A DNA stretch of 63,786 nucleotides, the filler included, from Welwitschia mirabilis (taxonomy: Eukaryota): NCBI GenBank assembly GCA_051453625.1. It is 7 parts of one record of this genome, joined end to end, with 100 filler letters (N's around TTAATTAATTAA, not from the genome) between each part and the next. Parts side by side here need not be neighbours in the genome. Positions count along the whole stretch, not along the records: positions 21,732 to 36,942 come from JBOZIK010000001.1; positions 37,043 to 40,631 come from JBOZIK010000001.1; 5 more parts are not named here. The stretch is one strand, 5' to 3'. Below are positions 23,922 through 37,113 of this stretch, in pieces (within the stretch, counting starts at the first letter, position 1; every line of letters starts with the position of its first letter). The position numbers were made by a program, and so were the translations under genes. The notes beneath the pieces are model-generated. The model searched no databases, was not told the origin of the DNA, and saw only the letters and a program-made list of their open reading frames with translations.

Positions 23922-26900
23922 ATTAACATTTAAAGAGATATTTAAGTAATGGATGGAATAACTCTGTAAGGTGCATGGACCCAATTAGCACAAATTGATG
24001 CTAAAACTCAACCCCATGTCTAAGTTCATAACCATTTACAGTTAGAGAAAAAGGGCACAAATAACTCTGGCATTTAAATAGGTGATAAAATGTAGTCAAA
24101 TATTAGATGGATGAGAGGAAACAATGTTGGTAAGAGGAAACAACACTACTAAGAAAGCATGGATCACATATATTTAGACAAATAAAAAAATGCAATTAAA
24201 TATTAGAGTTTTACAAAATTCCATCTTAAAACAAATTCAATAAGCATTTTTTCCTCAAACACTTGACTATGTTTTATAAGATTGCTTAATAATCACTTCT
24301 TTAAATGTCATATGATTTAATCATAAAATGACATTGATTCATATAATAATATCTTAAAACTATAAATTAATAGATGAAGAAAAATTTCTAAGACACAATG
24401 TACAAAAGTTTAAAACAAACTCAAAAATGTACTAAAGGGTTTTTGATGAATGATAAAAAAACAAAAGGTAAACCTGATTTTTTGGACTCTTACTCTTGTT
24501 TTGGACTCTTATTCTTGAGTATTTACTTCTCAAATACTTGAAAATATAATATATTAACTTTTTGGTTATTTCCCCACATAGAAAGAGCAAATGAAATAGC
24601 ATTTATATATGCATTATGCATAATAGAATAAACCTTAAATACAATGAACAGATAAAGCATAGGTAAAATTTGTATTTGTGTTCTTAATAGCAACACATGA
24701 AGTTACGTTACAAAATGTAACATAAGCCAATATGTCATTTATGTAAATGCATTTAACACTAAGCATTAAATCTTTGAATTGCATATTAACATATGACAAA
24801 AACATTATTCACCATGACAAGAATTTAAATGTTCTTCACTGTGATGCTACTATCTAAATTACCACATTGATCACCATGTTATTGAAAAATATTAAAGATA
24901 CAAAACCATTAGATTTGATGCATTGATAACATAACTTTAAAGTTAAATAAATTAACACTAAGACTATCAAATATAAATGTCCAAAATGCTAGAAAATTAA
25001 GAACACATCTATAGTCCCTTTCATTGTCATACCAAGAAATCCATTTCATAGAATTCTCGACCTATAAAAATAACATATTTAAATGATTTTCTATTAATGA
25101 AGCCAAAAGTTACACTTACATGAACAAATATGTCAGAGTCTAGGATACGTCTCTAATGAAGTAAGTGGATACAACATTCTCTTCAGTATATTCCAATATT
25201 CCCTTAAGTACACCCTCAGATTACTCCCTGAAGAACATAATAACAACAAAATAAATAAATAAATAAATAAAACAATTAATAACAAATAACTACAACCCTT
25301 TTTTTTAACAATTACAAGATTCCTAATTTGATGTACTTTAGGATACACATCTACTTAATTTTACTTACTTGATAGTGGCTTTGATTTTAAATCACTCACA
25401 AGGACATTTCGGTAGGTACTCAAAGATTCATCCTAGTAAGTTTATCATTGATTGGACTTAAAACCTATCCAATAGCATGTAAAATGATGGTCAAAAGAAC
25501 ATAAATGTTTCATAAAATAGTTCTTATTTGATTCTTTGAAAGATGCTAATTATGTATGTCATGTTAGAAAATAAAGATAGATGTCATACTTAATAAGCAC
25601 TATTTAAATTAATAAAGATCTAAGATGTAACTAATGTGAATCACTAAAAATAAGAAACATATTAGTAGAGTTATTAATAGAATTGTTATAAAAATCTCCA
25701 CTAGAGCATAAGAAATAGTGCCCTTGCTTTGAATAAAAGCCATAGATGTGCTATAAAAGCCACTAAGACTGCAAAATGCATTCTCAATAAAAGTAGAGTA
25801 CAAAATTAACCTCCAATTTCTCTAATCTTAAAAATTTAGTTCTTACATTAAATAGCTACAACTAAATCTTAGCTTTTAGATTTCATCAAAGTACATACAG
25901 TACACAAAAATTTTCCATTAAAAAAATATTTTTTAAATATTTTCTAAATGAAATTTAAAACATATTTGAATTTCTTCCACCTTTATATGTATGTTTTAAA
26001 TGTTCACAAGAAAAAATGGTAAAAGTCTATCTAATTAATTTGAAAGTTCTAGAACATTATAGGAATGAACTCATTAAAAAATTATTAGTCTAAATTCTGA
26101 AGAGTCTTAAATGAAACATTTTTTGTGTTATTTAAAATATATTATAAAGAAGCATGCTCATTTACTCTTGAGGCATAGATCAAGAGATTTTAATAATTCA
26201 AACACACTTGTGTGTATTTTTTTCTTAACTTTTTTGACTTATGGATTACTTCTAGATGTGCACTAAATGGTCAAAAAAAAAAAAAAAAATCAACTACATC
26301 ATCGAATAATGTTTTTCATGAATGCCTGGAATACCTTTTTTGTCTTTTAAGCCATTCACACTAACTTCTATTAAAACAATTATCTGTATAGTTTTTAATA
26401 ATTAAATAGCTTACAAATATCATAGTAATCTAAAATAACAAATCAAATAAGTTGCCTAATAGCTGACTTAAAACTAAAATTTTAATAGATTTGAATTAAA
26501 TATTTTTCTTGAATTTGAATGTTGTGTATAAAAGGCCTAAGGAAAATGTGTCTTAGTCTAGTGCTTACCCTACTTATAATCACAAATCAAGTTTTCAATA
26601 TATATAATGGTTTTTTTTCGTGAAACAAAGTCGAGAGAAGTATTCATAAAGACAAAGGATGTACACCCATAAGCTTCTGTTTTGATACAAAAACTCCCAT
26701 AGCTACCATAAGATGGAGTTGAGAAATAATTAGAACAATGATATAGTTAAAATTTGACATATGTTTAATAACTATGAAGAAAATGTTATACATTTTTACA
26801 AGAAAATAGATGTCAAAGAAAAAAAACTACAATGGCATGCATACCTTTCCTAAAGCCTCAGATCCTATGTCCAAAACTTTTTAATGATGGTAATACTTTG

Positions 26901-29900
26901 AATCATGGTTGTGATTCAACATTCTTTGATAGTTTAATATTTTATTACTATCTAACTGCATGACATTCAGAATTATTAGTATTATTTTCTCCGTTTTCTG
27001 AATTCCAAGGCTAGAAAATTAAAAGTAAATGTCTTAGATTTTAATTGTGAATGCTATCAAGCAAATAAAACTTGATTATATAAAATTATTTTATAACAAG
27101 AGTCAAATGTCTAAATATTAGTTCTACTATGAATGCCATAACTCAATTATATTCTAGAGCTAAGTTAAATACTAAATAAATTTTTTGAACATTCAATCAT
27201 TTGGACTTTACTCATTAGGAAAATAGTTTGTAATTTATCTACATATGATATAGACAGTTGTATTAAAATGAATACTAGTATCAATCATAGGCTTTTTAAA
27301 TACTAAAGATGATTTGGAAATTCTTCCCATACTCGAAATGAACAAATAAGAAATATAAATGATATAGTATGCTTTAATTTATAATATTATAGAAAAATGT
27401 ACAATTGGATAAATTTTATAGTTACCAATATCACAAAAATCATGTCTTCTGTTTAGGATAACATACCTATATCTAAAGAATATCTTAGAAAAAGTGGTGT
27501 CATTATTTGATATAGTAGCTAGGTGTTATGCCATATGTTACTTATAGTTATGGAGGTAACAAAAAACATAAAAATAAAAAATTTAAAGGGGAAAAATTTA
27601 ACATTAACAATGTTAAATGGAAATACTTCAAAGTGTCTAGTAACTTTAATTAGGCTTTCTTTCATATCTTTGTTGCCTACACAAATCTCACAATTACTTA
27701 TAACTCATTCACTTACTTTATAGAGCAATGCAACTAGATATCACACCTACTCAAATTAACAAAGTCAATTTATTAGAGAATATTAAAAATTTTTAATCAA
27801 CTTTAAAGTAGTTAACAGTAATTAAAATCCAAAGAAGAAAAATCTATTCTATTCAAGAATTGAATTGTGAAATACAAGGGATAAACTTGCAATTAATTTT
27901 TTCAACACTTCTAAACCATTTTTTATAATTGAATAATACCAATCTTAAAACAATAGATCTCCTCTTTGTTAGAATGTAAGAGACAATCATGTCATGATGT
28001 GTATCATTCCGTCATAAATAGGGTCTCTTCAATTATATTTTAAACTTGAAAAAGATATAGCTTTATATCTTATAAAAAATATGATTGTTTTAGTGGTGAG
28101 GTTTCTTCTTTTTATCTCTCTTTATTTTAATTGAAAAGATAATAAATTCATATACAAACAATAATACACTCAAATGTTCATTAGGTTTCATGAAAACTAA
28201 AATTAAAGAATAATTTTCAATTATAAGGTAACATTACTAGAATTTTGGGTGCAGATGCTCTTGCAGATGAAGTGTGCTTGTCCATAGCATGATTGTATGT
28301 TTTGGATTTAGATACTGAAGCTACTATCTTGTGTGGTCATAACTTTGGATTTAGATACTTATAAATATCATTAGAAGTTAATAAACCAAAAATTATTATT
28401 ATTTAATAGTATTTATCAAATACAAAAAAGGAGCTAAAAAAATAATGATGGAGTTTTCTTAAATCCAATAAGATGGAACAAATCTAACATTCCTAATTTT
28501 GAGTTACTAGATAGAAGGTTATCACATTCTGTCATGTCATCATCTTCATAATCAGTTGGTGCTTCAATAGTACCAAGAGCATTTCTCTATAGCTTCATTT
28601 ATATTGTATTAATTAACACTTGTAAATTATAATGATTTAAAACTAACGTTCAAGAAACTATGATTTTATAATGGATAGCTAAAATTTTCTCTTAATAAAC
28701 TCTATTTGTGTAAGCCTAATATATGTAATCTTATATGATTAGTAAAATTTCATGGTTATTTAGTTACAAATTAGAACCAAAATCAAATGACTACAATGAA
28801 AATTTTGATAAATTTAATTTGCCAACCTAGCTCTACTCTAGTTTAGAGGATTTTCTATTAGTAAATCCAATCCCTTTCTCAAATTATTTTGAGTTTCTGA
28901 AGTGTATGAAAGGCATATTGTCTAATAGAAAATCAAACTACTTAATGTTTTCATCAACTAACTCCAAAATAACAGATATCTAATCTTGATATGCAAGATT
29001 AAACTACTATTTTCTAGTAAATTAAAAAATGCTTAAAATCATAACACTTTAAACTTTATTAAAAGTAAAAGCTTAAAGTGGTAAAGCAAGATGGATGCTC
29101 TAACTATTGGAAAATTTCAAGGGTCTATAATAAAAGAGAGTGCAAAACAAGAGAAACAAGCAATTAGGATTACTCTAACTATTTCCATGTAACATAAACA
29201 AATGTAGAGTTAACATGGAATAAAAATATCTAAAAATATAAGGAAAGACATCACTTCTAAAGGCCAAAAGTGATGTTGATTTTGTGCTTCACGTTTGAGA
29301 GATATATATAAAGAACAAAGATGGAATCAACTTTAGACCAAAAGTATGAGAGCTAGAAACAAATACATTTTTGTTTTCTTCTTAAGCATATAAATACTAC
29401 ATCTCTGTATCCCACAAATTTTCATTTACCTATTTGAAATGATTTACCCATCTGAACATTACGTAACTCACATAATCAACTTGCATTTGGTGGGTACAAA
29501 ATGATGCACTTTCAAATGAAGATAATCATCAAGCACTTTTAGCAACTTATAAAATTTTCATGCATTTATATTATATGAAATCATGCCAATGTTTTGAGTA
29601 TAGATAAGAATTTAAGACAAAAGAAGCTTCTAATATTTACTGAGCTAATAAACATCATAAGAATTTCTATCTTTTTATGCTAATTAATGTTAGGAGAGTC
29701 TTGATTTTTTGGAAGAAGTTACTATGAAATATGAGTTCTAATATTCATCCATTATTTGATCAATTCTAGTTAAGGATAATAAAATGTGATATTTTAAAGT
29801 AAAAGACATTGTATAAAAATGAGAAAAGATTTTTGAGAAAACAGCATAAAGCATTTTGGAGAAATGCATTTATAGTTAAAAGTAACTAATAAATTACTAA

Positions 29901-29919
29901 AAATTAAGATAAGTTCAAT

Positions 29920-30044
29920 CTTACAAGCAATGCCAATCAATAATATCAATGCACTTCTTCACAACTCCATGAAGTCTAATGAGAAATGATTTTATTTGGT
30001 TGTTATTGGGGATGATGACTTTAGTATGTCTTAGAAGAATAGAC
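29920..30044 (-). pseudogene. Possible Ulp1/C48-peptidase exon remnant
   Basis: Frameshifted KVIIPITTK*NHFSLDFMEL/KKCIDIID followed by a GTAAG donor; resembles the catalytic His-Asp segment IPI...HW.L......I...DS. Confidence 0.35.
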
Positions 30045-30899
30045 NNNNNNNNNNNNNNACTTAAAAGTCCTACTTCCTTTGATCCTCCTCTAGCATTATT
30101 GCTCTTATTAGCATAGCTTATGACCTCTTGTGTTAAATCTATTTTCTTAATTTTTCACTAAATATCTAGCAATTCAAAACCTAGAATTCCTTTCTAAAAC
30201 AAAACTCAAATTTAATCCTCAAAAATTTCGCTCTAATAAAAACCCTAAATGAAAATCTAAAAACAAGACCAATCACTCTATGAATTAGTATAAATAACTT
30301 TAATGCATGTCATAGCTATAATTTAATCTTTAATTTCTTTAGATCCTTTTTCCATTCATCCTTCTTTTCTTAATATCTCAAAAGAGGCACTACCTCTAAA
30401 TCCCCCGCTTGATCTTCACACTCATCTTTAATCCATGTAGCCTTCATTAACTGAAGCCCTTTGCTATTACTTACCATATCTTATTAGATTCATAATCTAC
30501 ATACATTGTAAAAACATGTCCTTGATAAATACTTAGGGGTAAAATATCTACATATATTCTCTTCTTAGACTTTCCAGATTATCTAAACAACACATAAAAA
30601 TGCATACTAGGTCATCTAGGAATGCAAAAGATCATAAAAACCCAAAAAAGAGTCAAGAAAAATCCTAAAACCCTAACAATAAAGTGAAAATAGGTAACAT
30701 CACAATCATGTATAATATTTACACAGAGTACCAACTCTAGAATTCTACATGCAAAAAAGCATTAAGAAAATTTGCATTTTTTACATTTTTCCTACATGAT
30801 TCTTTCCTTGCTTTTACTTTGGGTGTAGAATTTTTTATTTTATAACCAATAAAGTAATCTTTATGGTTTAAATCCATCATTACTTGAAAATTTAATAAT

Positions 30900-33601
30900 G
30901 GTTATAAACTATCATTGTGTGTATTTTAATAATAGTTGAGGACTGTAATCAAATGTTTTTGAATTAAAAATAAAATTTAATACTCTATAAAATCTTAAAC
31001 CTATCATTAATTAAAAAGATTGTCATTAAATTAATGATAATAAAACCTATCATAAAAATTATCATTAAAAGTTTTTTTTGGTTATAGTGCATTGTCATAC
31101 TTAAGGGGAAGAGAGTGCTTCCTTGTAAGGGTATCTCATTTGTATGTAAGGCTAGTGTTACTTTCAAACTAGTGTTTTTGTAGGTTAAGGATATTCATAA
31201 GTGTGAAGGAAAGATACCTCCTATGTGTGAATGTACTCACATTAGGGAATAACATTAAATTAATAAGGTCTCTATTATGCATTTCATTTATTTTCAGTGG
31301 AGAACTTTCATTTGGTAAAAATCATTTACCCTTCCTTCTAAGTTGAGTAATCCTTAAGTGATATCAGAGTAGGAAATCATAAAAAGAAATGACATCCTTA
31401 AGTAAACTATGGAAGGGATGCTATGTACTAGACCTCCACTCTTTGATGGGACAAATTATGACTATTAGAAGATGAAGATACTAATGTACTTAAAGTATTT
31501 TAAGTCTCAGGTTTAGAAAAACATTGAAGATGAATACTCAAAAACTAAAAAAACCATTATAGATGGCATAAGTAATTTCATAACTCAAATCAAACATAGA
31601 ACGAATTAGAAAGATAAAGAAAAGGTAGCCTTCATGTACAACTCAAAGGTAAAGAATGCTCTTTACTTAGTTCATACAATTTAGGAATTCAACCAAACAG
31701 CTAGATGAAAAATAGCACAAGAGATATGGAACATTCTAGTGGAAACATATAAAGTAATTTCATTATCAAGCAATCAAAACTCCTTGTTTGGACTAATTAC
31801 TTTAAAAACTTAAAGATGAATAATGAAGCAAGAATACATGAGTACTTTATAAGAGTTTCTAACATTATGAATTCCATATGTAGCATTAATAAAAATCTTT
31901 CAAATGCCAAGGTAATTCAAAAAGTAGTCAAATCTTAACTCTAGAATATAGGCAAAAAATAGTTGCAATGGAAGGATCAAGAGACTTTAATACAATGAAA
32001 ATTGAGAAATTGTGAAGTACATTAATAGCTTATGAGATGAATCTCATTTAAGGTGATGCTCTGAAGGAGAAGCCTATTGCTTTTAAAGCTAGTAAAAACC
32101 TATGGTAAGGTTTCAAAGACAAATAAAAAGAAGTGTCAGATGGAAATAACTCTAAAGAAGATATTTAAGAAGAACTTTCTCTCATTACGAAATGAGTCAA
32201 GAGGCTTATTTCATGAAAGAAAAATAGAGAAAACAACTACAAAAAACCATCTGTATTTTAATCTATAAATAAGTGTAAAGGTAAATCTTCTACTAGTTCT
32301 TCTCTTTATTATAAGAATGATATTTACAAACTAGAATTTTGGGTTTGTAAAGGATAATAACATATAGCCTCAAAATATCTTAGCTCTATCAAATTACAAG
32401 AAAAAGTACAAAAGATAAAGCCCAAGAGGAATAAATTCTTTTTCATAGGTGGGATGATGATGAAAATGTAATTGATGTAGAGACATTAGATGATAAAATA
32501 ACTCATCAATCTTACATGTCCATTGTACATATTCAAAGTAATAGTAAAGAAGAAAAATAAGAATCAAAATCAGAAAATAAAGAAGAAATACGTATGAAGC
32601 TTTAAGATAGGTATGAGTTAATTTCTAAATATTATGTTGCAAAAGATATGTTCTAAAATTAAAAAAAATACTTTATTCTTGTGAATTAGCATATAAATAA
32701 TAAAAGGGTTCTTGTAGTAGATTATCATCAAAGAACTCAACTTTTAAAGCTAATATTAGTAAAATAACATGTCAATTGAATAATGTTGAATAGGAACTTA
32801 CTAATAACAATAGAATTAATGATTAGATTACAAAAGGGAAGGAGACATTTAACATCATGCTTGAATAATGTAGAATTCCAAACTATAAAATTAGCCTAGG
32901 GCATAATAAATCCTGCACTAGTACTTCAGCTCATTATTCAAAAAAATGGAACTATAAGTTAAGGTATGGGCATATAGGTTATACTAATAATATTACATGT
33001 TACTACTATTATGAATTTAATCATTATCAATTTAACTGTCCATTAAAGTTTAACATTAGATACTATGTTAATAGTGCCAAAAGGTCAACAAGTATGATAT
33101 AAGGCTTTATGCAAGCTAAACCAAAGAAGATATGGATTCCAAAATCAAAACTAGCTCTCTTAGCTTAGCTTACATTATGAGATATGAAAAAACATGCTTA
33201 GTATATTAACAATGATTATTCAAGACATAGTACTAGTGATAAATCTAGTTTTACCATCTTAGTTAAGCAAGACAAAGGAGTGATCACTTTTGATGACAAA
33301 ATAGAAGCTTCCACTAGAGGTATTAGAACCATAGGAGGAGGTAATTTGCCTAAGTTAAAAGACATTTGTTTTTTTAAAGAAGGATTACAACATAATATAC
33401 TTAATATTAATTAGTTATTTAATGTAAATTTTTTTGTAACTTTCACTAAAGATGATTTTATCATTAGAGAGCATAACTAAAAGAAGGTGTTATTTGTTAG
33501 AATTAGAAAATTGAATGTTTATATTACTACATTATAAGATATTTCTAATAAGGGAATGAAGCATTTGTTGAGCACTATAGGTGAAGTAAATCTATGGTAT
33601 T
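30900..33601 (+). mobile_element. Older Sirevirus-type copia element (LTR end, PBS, gag, protease), interrupted at the pre-integrase region
   Basis: LTR end near 31356 (start uncertain). PBS TGATATCAGAGT at 31359-31370. Gag MEGMLCTRPPLFDGTNYDY*KMK from 31409. Ends at VNLWY just before the next LTR. Confidence 0.85.
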
Positions 33602-36600
33602 TGTTGAGAACCCATTGTTATTGATTAATTAACAAGTTTTTATAGTTAGTATTTTGTGCAAGTAATTCCCAGCACCGGGCAATTGACTTAAAATATCGGG
33701 CGATTGACTATTAAAGAACTATGACACTGCTTCAGGATTAGGCGACCGCACATGTGAAACTGGGCGACCGAAATGATACAGCATAAAGAAGACTGGTTCA
33801 AACATGGGCGACTGACCATATTCATATGGGCGACTAATCATATTCGATCTAATCTGATAGCAAGACAAGCGATCGACTAGATTCCTATGGGCGACTGCAT
33901 CATGTGCAGTAAAATCTAACCTGATAGTAGGATGGGTGATCAACTAGAGTCCTATGGGCGACTACATCTTATGTAATAAGAATCTATCTAATAATAGTAC
34001 GGGCGATTAATAATTTCGTGACAGATGATTGCATGACAATCACTGGAACATGATTCTGGTGATTGCAAGGTCGATCTAATAAACATGATAACGGGCAATT
34101 GCATTTTACCCAGAATCTCCCCTCATAAGGTCGACTGAATAAGAGTGGTCAGGGCGACCCAGTTAAGGTCGACCACTTATTAAAATAAGGGTGACCGAAC
34201 TTGCTCTTATTTTGTACTAGAAATCTGTGATAAGCAAGGTGACCGAATGTTAGAATAAGGGCGACCACAGATGTGGGTGACCGAAGTCTTACATAAGGTC
34301 GATCATGCGATGGAAAAATGTAACCATTATAAATATAATGGTTCATTAGAGAAAGCGCAATAGTTCCTTAAAAACCACAATAGTTCATTTCTTCCTATGA
34401 GAATGGCTACCTTATATGTCTAAAGTATAAAAGCTCTCCTCTAATCAATATAGGACATACACTACTTCTAAAATCTAAGATTGATAAGAACTATTATACT
34501 TTCTTGTAGTACATCTGAATAATCTTCAAGTTCAGATTTTTGTTGTACTTATATCATTGTAACTTTTTGAGAAAAAAAGATTGCTGCACCTTAGAGAAGA
34601 CATCTATGCATTAGTGCATCCTTTTTTCTATCATTCATTCATGGTTATGGATAAGTCTTAAAATTTTCATTAGTTGTGAAAAGTTATTTGGTGAGCCTGA
34701 AAATCATTCTTGTAAGCAAATATATGTCAGCTAGGATGAGGAGTCTACGAAGTTGAAGGGTGGTGTCTATCCACCATTCAATACCTTGTTTTTGTATTCA
34801 TTTATATTTATCGTATTTGTAGGTCATGAAGAATAAGGAAACAGGTTTTAAAAAGATCTATTCACTCCCCTCTAGGTTTGATCCTTGACTTTCAATTGGT
34901 ATCAGAGTGAGGTTAAGCAATAGATCTTAACAAATCTCTGTTCCACTCATCTCTAGAAAATGAGTTAACCCACTAAAGAAAATTCTGTCACAAGGCCTCC
35001 CTTTTTCGATGGAACAAATTATGGTTATTGGAAAGAAAATATGAGAGTCTTTATCCAATCCATTGATTTGGAAATTTAAGAGTCTATCATTAATGAGTAT
35101 TGTCCTCCTACTATGCAAGATTCGGTTACTAAGTTGGCAATTCCAAAAAGTAAGGACAAATGGAGGCTGGACGAGAAACAAGTCACAACATGCAACTTCA
35201 AAGGCCTAAATGATATCTTCTGTGCTATAGGTCCAGAATATTTTAAAAGAGTTATGAATTGCACCACTACCAAAGAAGCATGGAATATCTTGGAAACCAC
35301 TCACGAAGGAATAAATCTAATAAAGTAGGCTAAGTTTTAAATGCTGATCACCCAGTTTGAAAACCAAAATATAGAAGATGATGAAGGTATAAATAATTTC
35401 TTTTCAAAGCTAATAGATATTATAAACTGTATGTGTGAATTAGGGGAATCAATTAAAGAATCAAGAGTGGTTTACAAAGCCTTGAGATCTCTGCCAAAAA
35501 GGTTCGAATCAAAAGTAACTACTATAAAGGAAAGCAAGGACTAAACATCATGAAACTGGATGAACTCCAAGGGAACCTTCACACTTTTGAGCTCAAATTT
35601 GGAAAGTAGAAGAAGAAGAGTATGGCATCATCTACCACACATGAAGCTCCTAAAATCAAGGATGGATCTGACCTAGAACCAGATAGCAATGATGAGGTAA
35701 CTCTTCTAGCCAGAAGGTTCAGACACTTCATGCAGAGACGACAAGGTGGAGGTTAGTTTAGGAGACCACTAAGAAGGAAAGAGGAAGGACGTCATGAAAT
35801 TCAATGTTATTCTTGTGAATGTTTTGGTCATACATCAATGTCTATCCTAACAATAGAAAAGATGAGAAAAGAAAGGAAAAGAAAGCCCTATCTGGAACAT
35901 GGAATGGTGAAGAAAGTGAAAGTAAATAAAACTTAGATTCAGAACATGGTGGTATCTCTCTTATGGCTATTGTCAATGAAAAGGTATATTCTACTTCTCA
36001 CATTGATTTAGTTATTAGTAAAGACACACTTAATGATATTGAATTGTAATTATATTTGGAATGTCAAAATCTGGCTCATAGAGTAAACCAACTAAGAAAA
36101 GAAAATACGCTCCTTATAGATAAGCTTGAGATTAGGGAAACGAAAATTAAAGACCTAGAAAGTAACTTTGCCTTAACCTCCTATAGAGTTAAGGATCAAG
36201 CTTCTCAAAAATCAGTCCCTAGCTCATTCAATTCTTATCAGTACTCATATTTCAAACCTTCATCTAAGGCAAACTCCAAAAATTCTTTAGCTAATATCAC
36301 CTGTCATTATTGCAACAAAAAGAGTCATTCTAAGGTTGACTATATATTTTGCAAAAGTTGGTTTTCTCACTCTATATTAGGGTCTAAGTTTATTTTCTCT
36401 AAAAAGTTTCATCCTGTTGCAAACAAAAATAAGTGCCTCAGGTGGATCCCAAAATCCATAACTAAAAGCCTTTTGGTCCAAATGGCTTTAAGAGCAACTA
36501 ATCATTACTGTTGGTATCTAGATAGTGGGTGCTTAAGACATATGGCAGATGACAAATCAAACTACATCAGCTTCAAGGAATACAATGGAGGAGAAGTTAC

Positions 36601-36942
36601 ATTTGAGGACAATGGAAGAGCTCAGATTGAAAGATTTTCGGAAGCATCGGTGAAGGTAACTTATCAAATATTCACAATGTTTTATTTATCAATGGATTGA
36701 AGCATAATTTGTTAATCATTAGTAAGATTTTTGATAAGGGTCATAAAGTCCTTTTTGATGAAAACAAATGTATTATGAAACACAGCAAAACTGATCAACC
36801 ATTACTTGTAGTGAATAGACATGAGAATGTGTATTGTGTAAATCAGTTAAATAACTCTACATGTCTATCTTCTTATACTCAAGAAGACATTATCTAGCAT
36901 TAGCATTTAGGTCATGTTAGTTTTGATACTTTGAAAAAATTA
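33602..36942 (+). mobile_element. Nested Sirevirus-type copia element, 5' half (LTR, PBS, gag, protease), cut by gap
   Basis: LTR 33602-34894 (TGTTGAGAACCC...TTCACTCCCCTCTAGG...TTTCA). PBS TGGTATCAGAGT at 34897-34908. Gag from 34960, zinc-knuckle remnant and WYLDSGCLRHM protease motif in ORF 36056-36700. Confidence 0.93.
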
Positions 36943-37042
36943 NNNNNNNNNNNNNNNNNNNNNNNNNNNNNNNNNNNNNNNNNNNNTTAATTAATTAANN
37001 NNNNNNNNNNNNNNNNNNNNNNNNNNNNNNNNNNNNNNNNNN

Positions 37043-37110
<68 letters not shown>
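37043..37110 (+). repeat. (GA)34 microsatellite at contig start
   Basis: Direct read. Confidence 0.97.

Positions 37111-37113
<3 letters not shown>

Noticed and set aside
32709-32720. TTCTTGTAGTAG (and TTCTTGTAGTA at 34501) as the CACTA partner TIR
   Set aside because: Not TAGTG, no subterminal repeats, and embedded in copia sequence.
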